Below are positions 7,251-16,142 of a stretch of DNA of 64,000 nucleotides, in pieces. Both the position numbers and the translations under genes were made by a program. Position 1 is the stretch's first letter; each line of letters starts with the position of its first letter. Origin of the DNA: an uncultured Acidimicrobiales bacterium. GTDB lineage: Bacteria > Actinomycetota > Acidimicrobiia > Acidimicrobiales > VFJN01. The DNA lies in the NCBI GenBank assembly GCA_963802385.1, contig CAWDIO010000020.1, forward strand, positions 12,422-76,421. The letters are read 5' to 3'. The notes beneath the pieces are model-generated. The model made no database searches and was not told where the DNA came from. It saw only the letters and a program-made list of their open reading frames with translations.

Positions 7251-8969
7251 ATGTCCTTTGGCCCTCGTCACCATGCGAGAGCCGGCATGTCGCTCGGGCG
7301 GAAGGTGGGGATCGGGCTGGCTGTAGCCGGTACCGCCATCCTCATGACGCCCACGATCGCCGGCGCGCAGGACGTCGATCCCGCCGAGGCCGTCAACACC
7401 CTCGCTCAGCAGACCAACCTGCTGTGGGTCGTGCTCGGCGCCGTCCTCGTCATCTTCATGCAGGCCGGCTTCGCGCTGGTCGAGACCGGGTTCTGCCGTG
7501 CGAAGCACGCGGCGCACGTGGTGTCGACCAACTTCGCGATCTTCGGCCTCGGCTTCGTCGCCTACTTCCTGGTCGGCTACGCCTTCATGTTCGGCGGCTA
7601 CGCCGTGCCGCTCATCGGCTACAACACCCCGGTCGGGGACGCGCTGATCGGTAGCGGTAGCTGGGTCTTCCTCTACCAGGGCGGCTTCGCCTTGTCGGGC
7701 GACGCGATCCAGACCGCCGGTGCCGCCTCAGTGTTCGGGTTCTTCCTCTACATGGTGGCCTTCATGGACACCACGGCCACCATCCCCACCGGGGCCATGG
7801 CCGAGCGCTGGAAGTGGAAGGCGTTCGTGGGCTGGGGCCTGTTCTGCGGTGCCATCTTCTACCCGCTGTTCGGGGCGTGGACCTGGGGCGGCGGCTGGCT
7901 GTCCCAGACCTGGGACAGCATGGGCCTCGGCGCCGGCTACGTCGACTTCGCCGGATCCGGCGTGGTCCACACGATGGGCGGCGTCGCCGGCCTGGCCGGT
8001 GCCCTGGTTCTCGGGCCCCGCATCGGCAAGTACAACGCGGACGGCTCGTCCAACACGCTGCCCGGCCATCACCTGCCGATGGCCACGCTGGGCTGCTTCA
8101 TCCTGCTGTTCGGCTGGTTCGGCTTCAACGCCGCGTCGACCTTCGCGGTGACCGACGTGCAGTTCGCCACGGTCGCAGCCAACACCGCCCTCGCCGCCGC
8201 CTTCGGCGCCGTCGTGGCGATGTTCGTGATGATGATCAGGACGAGCAAGCCGGACCCGGGCATGATGGTCAACGGCATGCTGGCCGGCCTGGTCGCCATC
8301 ACGGCGCCCTGCGCCTTCGTCAGCCCGGCCTATGCCGCCCTCATCGGCGGCATCGCCGGTGTGATCGTCATCTACGCCGCCGAGTTCATCGACCGGAAGA
8401 TGCATGTCGACGACCCGGTGGGCGCCATCGCCGTCCACGGCGTGTGCGGCAGCTTCGGCGTCCTCGCCGTCGGCCTGTTCGCCAACGGCAGCTATGGCGG
8501 GGGCTGGAACGGCTCCGACGTCACGGCTGTCGAGGGCGTGGTCAAGGGCGAGTTCGGCCAGCTCGGCGCCCAGGCGCTGGGTGTGCTGGTGCTGTGGACC
8601 GTGATGTTCGGCTTCGCCTACGCCTTCTTCAAGATCCAGAACGCGGTCATGAAGGGCGGCATCCGGCCGCCGGCCGAAGAGGAGCTCGCGGGCATCGACC
8701 TGCCCGAGATGGGGGTCCTCGCCTACCCCGACTTCCAGATGATCGACCTGGTCGCCGCCGGCAACGGCGACGGCGACGGCAGCTCCACCAGCGACGAGAC
8801 GAACCGTCACGGAGCCGGTCTGACCTCGCCGCACCCACCACGCATGACGACACCGGGCGGGCACGGTCCCACCGTGCCCGCCCGGTGCGCGTCCCGGATC
8901 GGATCACCTGACACCACGAGCGGGCCATGGACGTCGCCGAAGTACTCCGCAACATCCTCGTCGTACTGA
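7251..8969 (+). CDS. amt: ammonium transporter (Amt family), 3' tail doubtful
   Basis: Signal-like N-terminus followed by FMQAGFALVETGF, GFNAAS and the C-terminal AGIDLPEMGVLAYPDF typical of Amt. The last ~60 codons are low-complexity and run through a strong hairpin, so the true stop may lie upstream. Confidence 0.85.
   Translation: MSFGPRHHARAGMSLGRKVGIGLAVAGTAILMTPTIAGAQDVDPAEAVNTLAQQTNLLWVVLGAVLVIFMQAGFALVETGFCRAKHAAHVVSTNFAIFGLGFVAYFLVGYAFMFGGYAVPLIGYNTPVGDALIGSGSWVFLYQGGFALSGDAIQTAGAASVFGFFLYMVAFMDTTATIPTGAMAERWKWKAFVGWGLFCGAIFYPLFGAWTWGGGWLSQTWDSMGLGAGYVDFAGSGVVHTMGGVAGLAGALVLGPRIGKYNADGSSNTLPGHHLPMATLGCFILLFGWFGFNAASTFAVTDVQFATVAANTALAAAFGAVVAMFVMMIRTSKPDPGMMVNGMLAGLVAITAPCAFVSPAYAALIGGIAGVIVIYAAEFIDRKMHVDDPVGAIAVHGVCGSFGVLAVGLFANGSYGGGWNGSDVTAVEGVVKGEFGQLGAQALGVLVLWTVMFGFAYAFFKIQNAVMKGGIRPPAEEELAGIDLPEMGVLAYPDFQMIDLVAAGNGDGDGSSTSDETNRHGAGLTSPHPPRMTTPGGHGPTVPARCASRIGSPDTTSGPWTSPKYSATSSSY
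8851..8887 (+). terminator. 17-bp perfect stem / 3-nt loop hairpin (possible intrinsic terminator after amt)
   Basis: CACCGGGCGGGCACGGT-CCC-ACCGTGCCCGCCCGGTG, read directly from the sequence. No T tract follows. It sits inside the nominal amt ORF tail, 40 nt before ATG 8927. Confidence 0.45.
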
Positions 8970-11645
8970 TCGCCGCCAAGCTGGCGGCCGAGCTGGCCGA
9001 GCGGGCCGGCATCCCGGCCGTGGTGGGCGAGATCGTGGCCGGCATCCTGATCGGCCCCTCGGTCCTCGGCATGGTCGAGAGCGGCGACGAGGTGCTGCGC
9101 ACGCTGGGCGAGATCGGCGTCATCCTCCTGCTGCTCGACGTCGGCCTGGAGATGGACCTGGTCGAGCTGGGCCGGGTGGGCCGGGCCTCGTTCCTGGTGG
9201 CCATCGTGGGCGTGATCACGCCCCTGGTGCTGGGCCTGGGGGCCATGGAGGCCTTCGTCACCGACGACTTCAACGTGGCCCTGTTCGTGGGGGCGGCGCT
9301 CACCGCCACCAGCGTCGGGCATCACCGCCCGGGTGTTCAGCGACCTGCGGGCCATGGCCACCACCGAGGCCCGGGTCGTCCTGGGCGCGGCGGTGGCCGA
9401 CGACGTGATGGGCCTGGTGGTGCTCACCGTCGTGGTCCGCCTGGTGACCGAGGGCTCGGTGTCCCTCGTCTCGGTGGCCGGGATCGTCCTCGGGGCGGTC
9501 GCCTTCCTCGTGGTCGGCGTGTTCGTGGGCATGCGGGTGGCGCCGCCGCTGTTCCGGCTGGTCGAGCAGGTGTCGCGCTCGACGGGGACGCTGGTGGCGC
9601 TGGCCCTGGCCTTCACGCTGGCCTTCGCCGAGCTGGCCGACGCCGCCCGCCTGGCGCCCATCGTGGGGGCGTTCGTGGCCGGCATCGCCCTCAACCGCAG
9701 CGACCAGTCCGACCGCATCCGCCGGGAGCTGACCCCGGTCGGCCACCTGTTCATCCCCGTCTTCTTCCTCCAGATCGGCATCGACGCCGACATCACCTCG
9801 TTCGGGCAGGCGTCGGTGCTACGGGACGCGGCCATCCTCCTGGCGGTGGCGGTGGTGGGGAAGCTGGTGTCGCCGCTGGGCGCCATCGGCACCCCGGGCG
9901 ACAAGACGCTCATCGGGCTGGGCATGCTGCCCCGGGGCGAGGTCGGCCTGATCTTCGCCACCATCGGCCTGGCCAACGGCGTGCTGAACGACGACCTCTA
10001 CGCCGCCCTGCTGCTGGTGGTGCTGGTCACCACCCTGGCCACGCCCCAGCTGCTCAAGCACCGCTACGGCCGGCTGCGGGCCCGCGCCCGTCCCACCGGG
10101 CCGCCGCCCGGGACCCCGGCGCCGCCCGGCGGCTGGCTCGACGTGGTGGACGACGAGGTGCGGCTGCGGGCCACGCCCCCGCTCGACCAGGCGCTCCCGG
10201 TGGCCCTGGCCGCCGCGGTGGCGGTGGGACGGAACCGTCCGGGCGAGGACCTGCTCGACTGGCTGGCCGGGCTGCCGGCGGACGAGCCCGCCTGGAACGC
10301 CACCGCCCGGGAGCGGCTGCTGGACGTGGTGGAGCGGGGCAACGCCCGGGGCTGGCGCTTCCTCGACACCACCGGGGTCCTGGACCGGGCCCTGCCCGAG
10401 CTGGCCGGAGCGCTGCGGCGCCGCCACGAAGAGCCGTTCACCATCGATCCGCTCCAGGCCTACCGGTTCGTGGCCATGGAGCGCCTGCGGCGGCTCGACG
10501 CCGACGACCCGGTGGCGCTGGAGATCCGCGCCCTCGACGGGGTCGACCGGCTGTTCTTCGCCGTCCTGCTGAGCGAGGCGCCGGACGGCGCCGCCGCGCT
10601 GGCGGACCGCATCGGCCTGGCCGGGGAGGACGCCGCGGTGGTGCTCGACACCGTGCGCGACCGCGACCTGCTGTGGTCGGCCGCCCGCCAGCCCGGGGCG
10701 CTGGGCGAGGAGAAGGTGCTCCAGGTCGCCTCCCACCTGGGGACGCCCGAGCGCGCCCGCCTGCTCTACACGGTGAGCGCGCTGCGGGCCGAGGGCCGGG
10801 AGCGCTGGGAGCTGGTCCGGCTGCGCGACCTGCACGAGCTGATCCAGGCCGCCCTCGACCACCCCGAGCTGACCGGGCCCGACGCCCGCGGCCTGGCCGA
10901 CCTGCGCCGCCTGGAGGCGGTCGCCCGCGTGGCCGACGACCCCGCCCTCATCGAGCGGGTGGGACGGGCCCCGCTGGCCTACGTGCTGCGCCAGCCGTCC
11001 GAGGCCATCGCCCGCCACGCCCGGCTGGTCCATCCCCGCCCGGGACGGGCCGAGGCCCGGGTGCGCACCGGGCCCGCGGGCGACGGGCGCTGGTGGATCG
11101 ACGTGGCCGCCCGCGACCGGCCGGCGCTGCTGGCGACCGTCACCGGCGTGCTGGCCCGGGCGGGCCTGGACGTGCGCGACGCGGTGGTGGCCACCTGGGA
11201 CGACAGCGCCGCCCTCGAGACCTTCACCGTGCGCGCCGCCGGCGAGCCGGACGCGACCGCCCTCGGCGCGGCGGTGGCGGCCGGCCTCGGGAGCCGCACC
11301 GCTCTCGCAGCCGCTGCCCGACGCCGAGGCCGGCTTCGACCACCAGGCCTCGCCCTGGCACAGCGTGTGCGAGGTGCGCTCGCTGGACCGGCCCGGCCTG
11401 CTCCACGACGTGGCCGCCGCCTTCGCCGCCGCCGGGGTCGACGTGCTGGCCGCCGACGGTCAGCGCCGAGGACGCCCTGGTCATCGACCGCTTCGAGGTG
11501 GTCGACCGGCAACGGCGCCAAGCTCGGTCCCGCGCACGAGCAGGCCGTGCGCCGCTTCCTGCGCGAGGGCGTCACGCCCAGGCGGCGCTTCGGGCGCCGT
11601 CAGGGGGCCAGGCGCTCGGCGAGCCAGGCCAGTGCCAGCGGGTAG
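8927..11645 (+). pseudogene. CPA2 (Kef-type) cation:proton antiporter fused to a GlnD-like C-terminal region with degenerate HD and two ACT domains, about four frameshifts
   Basis: N-terminal GEIVAGILIGPSVLG and multiple TM spans (Na+/H+ exchanger family). After residue ~400 come GWRFLDTTGVLDRALPELAG, then two ACT-like units (WWIDVAARDRPALLATVTGVLARAGLDV and CEVRSLDRPGLLHDVAAAFAAAGVDV). Frame changes near 9320, 11290, 11455 and 11510. The 3' end is uncertain. Confidence 0.65.
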
Positions 11646-12637
11646 CGGTAGTCGATGCCCCCGTGGGCGGCGGGGAACAGCTCGAAGCGCATGCGCTCGC
11701 CGGGCAGGCCCGCGGCCAGCAGGGCGTCACGGAAGGCCGTGGCCCCGAGGTCGAGGAACCACTCGTCGCGGGTGCCGGCGTCGATCCACACCGCCTTGAG
11801 GTCCCGGGCCACCTCGGGCCGGGCCGCGGCGATGCGCACCGGGTCGTAGGCCAGCCACCGCTCCCACACGTCGGGGACCAGGGCCCCGGTGGCGGGGTCG
11901 AAGGGCAGGCGGACGGTGCCGTCCTCGTCGGCCGAGTAGGCGGCGGCGTAGGCCCAGATCTCCACCAGCTCGCCGTCGGTCTCCTTCGACAGCGGCACCC
12001 GGGACCCGAAGTCGGCCCAGAAGCGGTCGTAGGAGCCGCCGTAGTCGTCCCGCAGGGAACGCACCAGCGGCGGGAAGCTGGGGAGGTGGCACGCCTCCCA
12101 CAGCGCGTCGCCCGCGTGGGTGGCGAGCGCGCCGAACAGGTCCGGCCGCCACAGGGCCGTGACCATGGCGCCGTAGCCGCCGCTGGACTTGCCCATGACC
12201 GCCCGGTGCGCCGGGTCGTCCAGCGTCCGGTAGTGGCGGTCGACCCAGCCCACCACGTCCCGGCACAGGTAGGTGTGGTAGCGGCCGATGGCGGGCGAGT
12301 CGACGAACTGGCTGCCGCCCAGCGTGGTCCAGGCATCCACGTACACCACGATCACCGGCGGGCACGACCCCGACGAGAGCGTGGCGTCGGCCGTCTCGAT
12401 GAACGGCTGGCGGAACGGCGTGCGGTTGCGCCACATGGCCACGTGCCCGGTGAAGCCCATCAGCACGTACACCGTGGGATAGCGATCGGTCCCGCCCTCG
12501 TAGCCGGGCGGGGTGTACACCCAGAGCGGTCGCTCGTGGGCGTCGCCCAGCGGGTTGCCCCGCAGGGCCTCGCTGTCGACGACGCGCTCGTCGAGCCGCC
12601 CGGCCAGGGGTGCCGACCAGGGCAGCCCGATGTTCAT
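11600..12637 (-). CDS. putative esterase family alpha/beta hydrolase (esterase D / enterochelin esterase-like)
   Basis: Start MNIGLPW at 12637. PTVYVLMGFTGH and the nucleophile elbow GKSSGGYGA. The upstream part of ORF 11600-12892 is low-complexity. Confidence 0.75.
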   Translation of the reverse strand: MNIGLPWSAPLAGRLDERVVDSEALRGNPLGDAHERPLWVYTPPGYEGGTDRYPTVYVLMGFTGHVAMWRNRTPFRQPFIETADATLSSGSCPPVIVVYVDAWTTLGGSQFVDSPAIGRYHTYLCRDVVGWVDRHYRTLDDPAHRAVMGKSSGGYGAMVTALWRPDLFGALATHAGDALWEACHLPSFPPLVRSLRDDYGGSYDRFWADFGSRVPLSKETDGELVEIWAYAAAYSADEDGTVRLPFDPATGALVPDVWERWLAYDPVRIAAARPEVARDLKAVWIDAGTRDEWFLDLGATAFRDALLAAGLPGERMRFELFPAAHGGIDYRYPLALAWLAERLAP

Positions 12638-12713
12638 CCGCCTGACCCTAACGGGGCGGATTGCGGTACCGCTCGCGGGGTAGTCCTGCGGCGACGGACT
12701 GGAGGAGGCCGGG

Positions 12714-13652
12714 ATGCTGCGAGCCGACCAACCGAGCCACGGGCGCTGGCCGTTCGGCCGCGTCGCCACCATCCTGGCGGCGGTCGGCCTGGTGGTGGTC
12801 GTGGTGGCCATCGGGCGGGTCGCCAACCTGTTCGACCTGCCCGGCTGGCTCGACGGTGGGCGCAGCGACCCCGCGCCCCGGGGCGACGTCATCTACGAGG
12901 GCCAGACCGCCCGCAGCGCGTCGGAGCGCTTCCTCATCGACGTGGGCGACGGCGAGGCGATCGTGTCGGTGATGGCCAAGCAGAACTGGGACCGCCACGG
13001 CTGGCTCATCAACGGCGACTTCCAGTCCACCAACGGCACGTCCAGCGTGGCCGACCCGGCCAACCGGGACGTGCCCGCCAAGCTGCACGTGGCGGTCGAC
13101 TACTGCGCCGGCGGCGTCATCTCCACCAGCGGCGACGACGACGGGCCGGCCGTGACCTTCGACATGGGCGATCTGTTCGTGTGCGGCACCACGCTCACGC
13201 ACACGGCCGACAACGACGCCGCCTTCAAGCAGGACGACACGCCGAACGACTTCCACGGCCAGTTCGTGAGCTTCGTGTCGGGCGCGGCGGAGATCGCGGC
13301 CGCGGCCTCGCCCTGCCCCACCGACCAGCTCGAGCAGTTCCGCTCCCGGGAGTTCACCGCCTACGTGCGCGACCAGCTGGCCGACCAGCTCGGCGTGCCG
13401 GCGGCCGACATCGAGGTGGTGGCCCCCACCGTCGGGGCCAGCGACGAGGACACCCAGGCCGCGCTGGACGACCGCCTCACCAGCTTCCTGGAGCGGCGCG
13501 ACCCCGAGCACCCGGACCGCACCTACGAGGCGCTGTCGATCCAGTACCTCAGCGGCGAGGGCACGGCCGTCACCGACTCGTGCTACCGGGATCCGGGCGC
13601 CACCGACCTGGACGACATCAACGACGTCGCCCTGCCCGATGACAGTGATTGA
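12714..13652 (+). CDS. membrane-anchored hypothetical protein
   Basis: 312-aa ORF with one N-terminal TM (VATILAAVGLVVVVVAIG), then an acidic, Cys-containing soluble domain. No family recognised. Confidence 0.55.
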   Translation: MLRADQPSHGRWPFGRVATILAAVGLVVVVVAIGRVANLFDLPGWLDGGRSDPAPRGDVIYEGQTARSASERFLIDVGDGEAIVSVMAKQNWDRHGWLINGDFQSTNGTSSVADPANRDVPAKLHVAVDYCAGGVISTSGDDDGPAVTFDMGDLFVCGTTLTHTADNDAAFKQDDTPNDFHGQFVSFVSGAAEIAAAASPCPTDQLEQFRSREFTAYVRDQLADQLGVPAADIEVVAPTVGASDEDTQAALDDRLTSFLERRDPEHPDRTYEALSIQYLSGEGTAVTDSCYRDPGATDLDDINDVALPDDSD

Positions 13653-13664
13653 GTTGGGACCGGG

Positions 13665-13967
13665 CTAGCCGGTCATCTTCTCCATGGCGGCCTTGGCCCG
13701 GCGGGCCGCGGTGCGCCGCTTCCACATCTTGAGCTTCCAGTGGCGCCGCCTGCGGGTCGACGGACGGACCCGCTCGGGATCGTGGTGCCGCTCGGAGCGG
13801 AACGCCACACCGGGCTCGATCACGTCGTCGGGCTCGGTACCGCCGTGGATCTGGCCGGTGACATCGGCCAGGGCGGTGTTGACCCGGTGACGCTCCGAAC
13901 GAGCCTGGACCCGGCGCTGCTCGTGATGCGGTAGGACCACTTCACTGGTGCGGTGACGGTTGCTCAT
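13665..13967 (-). CDS. small basic hypothetical protein
   Basis: ATG 13967 (MSNRHRTSEV...). 100 aa, Arg/His-rich with a K/R-rich C-terminus. No family recognised. Confidence 0.4.
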   Translation of the reverse strand: MSNRHRTSEVVLPHHEQRRVQARSERHRVNTALADVTGQIHGGTEPDDVIEPGVAFRSERHHDPERVRPSTRRRRHWKLKMWKRRTAARRAKAAMEKMTG

Positions 13968-14077
13968 CAATGCCCTCTCTCGAAAGAGCCGACACTTCCT
14001 TGCTGCCGTGCCTGAGACCGTAGCCCGGGGCCGCCCCGGCTGTCTCGGGGAGATCCCATGTTGGGCCAAAAGTCCCT

Positions 14078-14518
14078 GTGACCAGGAGGAGGGTCCCACT
14101 TGGGCAGATCGGGCCGGGACCGCGTAGCCTTTCGCTCGTGCAAACCACGGCGACTGCGACCCGGCCCGCGGCCGACGTCGCGATGCGCCGGCTGCTCCGC
14201 ATCCCCGACGGGCCCGCGGCCCCCGAGGGAGCGGCCCAGCGGGCCTTCTCGACGTCGATCATGGTGTCGGCGACGCGCTGCATCCTGACCTATGTGGTCC
14301 TGCCGTTCGTGGCACCGGTGCTGGGGTTCGCGGCGGGCGTGGGGCCCGTCATCGGCATCCCCATCGGCGTCGCCGCCATCGTCTGCAACGTGCTGACGAT
14401 CCGGCGGTTCTGGGCGGCCGACCACCGCTGGCGCTGGGCCTACACGGCCCTGTCCCTGACCGTGATCTCGCTGCTGGTGGTGCTGATGGTCAAGGACCTC
14501 GCCAGCGTGCTCTCCTAG
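14078..14518 (+). CDS. small integral membrane protein (hypothetical), start uncertain
   Basis: Three hydrophobic spans in the C-terminal 100 aa (ILTYVVLPFVAPVLGF, IGIPIGVAAIVCNVL, ALSLTVISLLVVLMV). Followed 3 nt later by the YbaN-like gene. Confidence 0.5.
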   Translation: MTRRRVPLGQIGPGPRSLSLVQTTATATRPAADVAMRRLLRIPDGPAAPEGAAQRAFSTSIMVSATRCILTYVVLPFVAPVLGFAAGVGPVIGIPIGVAAIVCNVLTIRRFWAADHRWRWAYTALSLTVISLLVVLMVKDLASVLS

Positions 14519-14521
14519 GGC

Positions 14522-15019
14522 GTGCTCCGGCGCGCCCTCTTCCTCACCATCGGGTGCCTGGCGGTGGTGGCGGGCACCATCGGGATCATCGTGCCGGGCC
14601 TGCCGACGACCGGTTTCTTCGTGCTCGCCGCGGCCTGCTTCGCCCGGTCGAGCCCCCGCTTCGAGCGTTGGGTGCTGGACCTGCCCACGGTCGGGCCGCT
14701 GGTCCGCGACTACCGCGCCGGGCTGGGCATGCCCCGGCGGGCCAAGGTCGTGGCCATCACCATGATGGTGGTGGCGTGCAGCCTGAGCGCGTGGGCGGTG
14801 GGGGCGCCCATCGGGGCGGCCATCCTGCTGGCCGGCGCCATCGGCACCTGGTACGTCGGCTGGCGGGTCCCCACCCGCGAGGCCGTGGTGGAGAGCCGGT
14901 CCGGCGTAGTCAGCTCTCATAAGCCGCCGCCTGGCCGGCCACCAGCGACAGGATGTCGCCCATGGCGACGTTGGCGTCGATCACGTGGAGGCCCCAGCCG
15001 CCGGGGATGTCGCCGTTGA
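14522..15019 (+). CDS. YbaN (DUF454) family inner membrane protein, 3' end uncertain
   Basis: GTG start. LFLTIGCLAVVAGTIGIIVPGLPTTGFFVLAAACFARSSPRFERW is the characteristic DUF454 N-terminus. The last ~35 codons overlap the convergent lipoprotein gene and look non-coding. Confidence 0.7.
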   Translation: MLRRALFLTIGCLAVVAGTIGIIVPGLPTTGFFVLAAACFARSSPRFERWVLDLPTVGPLVRDYRAGLGMPRRAKVVAITMMVVACSLSAWAVGAPIGAAILLAGAIGTWYVGWRVPTREAVVESRSGVVSSHKPPPGRPPATGCRPWRRWRRSRGGPSRRGCRR

Positions 15020-16142
15020 TGTCGTCGACACGGGGATCGGCCGGGTCGCCGTTGACCGTCAGCGCCAGGTAGGTGAACTGGCCGTCGCTGACGCACTCGC
15101 CGTCCAGCAGGTCGGGGAACGTGGCCCAGGGGGTCTCGATGTCGGCCGTGCGGGCCGGGTCCGCGAACGGCTGGAGCGTGCCGCCCAGCAGCCCGCTCGG
15201 CTGCCCGTCGACCAGGAAGTAGGGGTGCAGCGGGGCGGGGCCGCCCGACAGGTCGGCCGGGTTGACGCACGCCGCGGGACCGACGTCGTTGGTGCGGCCG
15301 AAGAACGCCATGCCCGATGGCGGGTCCGAGGCCCGGAAGGTCGAGTACGACACCACGCAGCCGGTCTCGTCGTCGGCCTGGCACAGCGGGACGTTGTCGA
15401 AGTCGCCCCCGACCGCCTCACCCTCGGGCACGTGCACCGTCGAGCCGAGGATGTAGGCGGCCACCAGCCGGTCGCGCAGCAGGGGCTCGTCGTCGATCTC
15501 GTCCTCGATCAGGCGCTCCAGCAGCCCGGCGCCCTGGGAGTGGCCGATGAGCACGAAGCCGCGGCCGTCGCTGTCGTTGGCGATGTAGGACTTGAAGGCG
15601 TCGACCACGTCGCCGTAGGCCACGGCCCGGGGATCGGTGCCCGGCGCCGCGGCCGGACCGCCGCCCCCGATCATGCTCAGCGTGAGCTGGCGGTAGACGG
15701 GGGCGAACATGCGGCAGGACGAGGTGAGGCGGGCGGCCTGGTTGTAGACGGTGTTGATCTCCTCGGCCTCGGCGGGCACGAGGTCGCTGTTGGGGCCGGG
15801 GTCGCCGCTCACCGTGGGATAGACGTAGAAGCAGTCGATGCCGGGGTCCTCGGCCACCTCGTGCTCGACGACCTCGGTGGAGCCGTCGGCCGCCACCGAG
15901 GTGGCGTCGAGGTCGCGGGCGCACACGTCGTCCTCGATGCCGGGCTTGCATAGCCAGTTGGCGTCGTCCGCGTAGATCTCGCTGGTGTGGCCCTCGTAGC
16001 CCTCGGGCAGCGCTACGGCCTCGGTGGTCGTGGTGGTGCCCTCGGCCTCGTCGCCGCTCGCCTGGTCGTCGTCGCCGCCGGAGCAGGCCGCCGCCAGCAA
16101 CGCCAGGGCCAGGAGGGTCGCGGCCGTGGGTCGTGCTCTCAT
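14910..16142 (-). CDS. DUF3089-like alpha/beta hydrolase lipoprotein, paralogue 1
   Basis: Lipobox LLAAACSGG, DCFYVYPTV and the nucleophile elbow GFVLIGHSQGA. ATG 16142 overlaps the TGA of the upstream paralogue (ATGA). Confidence 0.75.
   Translation of the reverse strand: MRARPTAATLLALALLAAACSGGDDDQASGDEAEGTTTTTEAVALPEGYEGHTSEIYADDANWLCKPGIEDDVCARDLDATSVAADGSTEVVEHEVAEDPGIDCFYVYPTVSGDPGPNSDLVPAEAEEINTVYNQAARLTSSCRMFAPVYRQLTLSMIGGGGPAAAPGTDPRAVAYGDVVDAFKSYIANDSDGRGFVLIGHSQGAGLLERLIEDEIDDEPLLRDRLVAAYILGSTVHVPEGEAVGGDFDNVPLCQADDETGCVVSYSTFRASDPPSGMAFFGRTNDVGPAACVNPADLSGGPAPLHPYFLVDGQPSGLLGGTLQPFADPARTADIETPWATFPDLLDGECVSDGQFTYLALTVNGDPADPRVDDINGDIPGGWGLHVIDANVAMGDILSLVAGQAAAYES

Noticed and set aside
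8700-8930. A hidden glnK/glnB (PII) gene between amt and the next gene
   Set aside because: No frame in this interval gives a PII-like sequence (MKLI...), and there is not enough room for about 112 codons.
13640-13680. Short hairpin GACCGG-GCTAG-CCGGTC after the 12714-13652 gene as a terminator
   Set aside because: It has only a 6-bp stem and overlaps the stop region of the convergent gene, which is too weak to call.
14900-15019. A genuine 110-bp coding overlap between the YbaN-like gene and the convergent DUF3089 gene
   Set aside because: The last ~35 codons of the YbaN-like ORF are Arg/Pro-rich with no family similarity. This is probably read-through of a GC-rich frame or a missed indel, not a true overlap.
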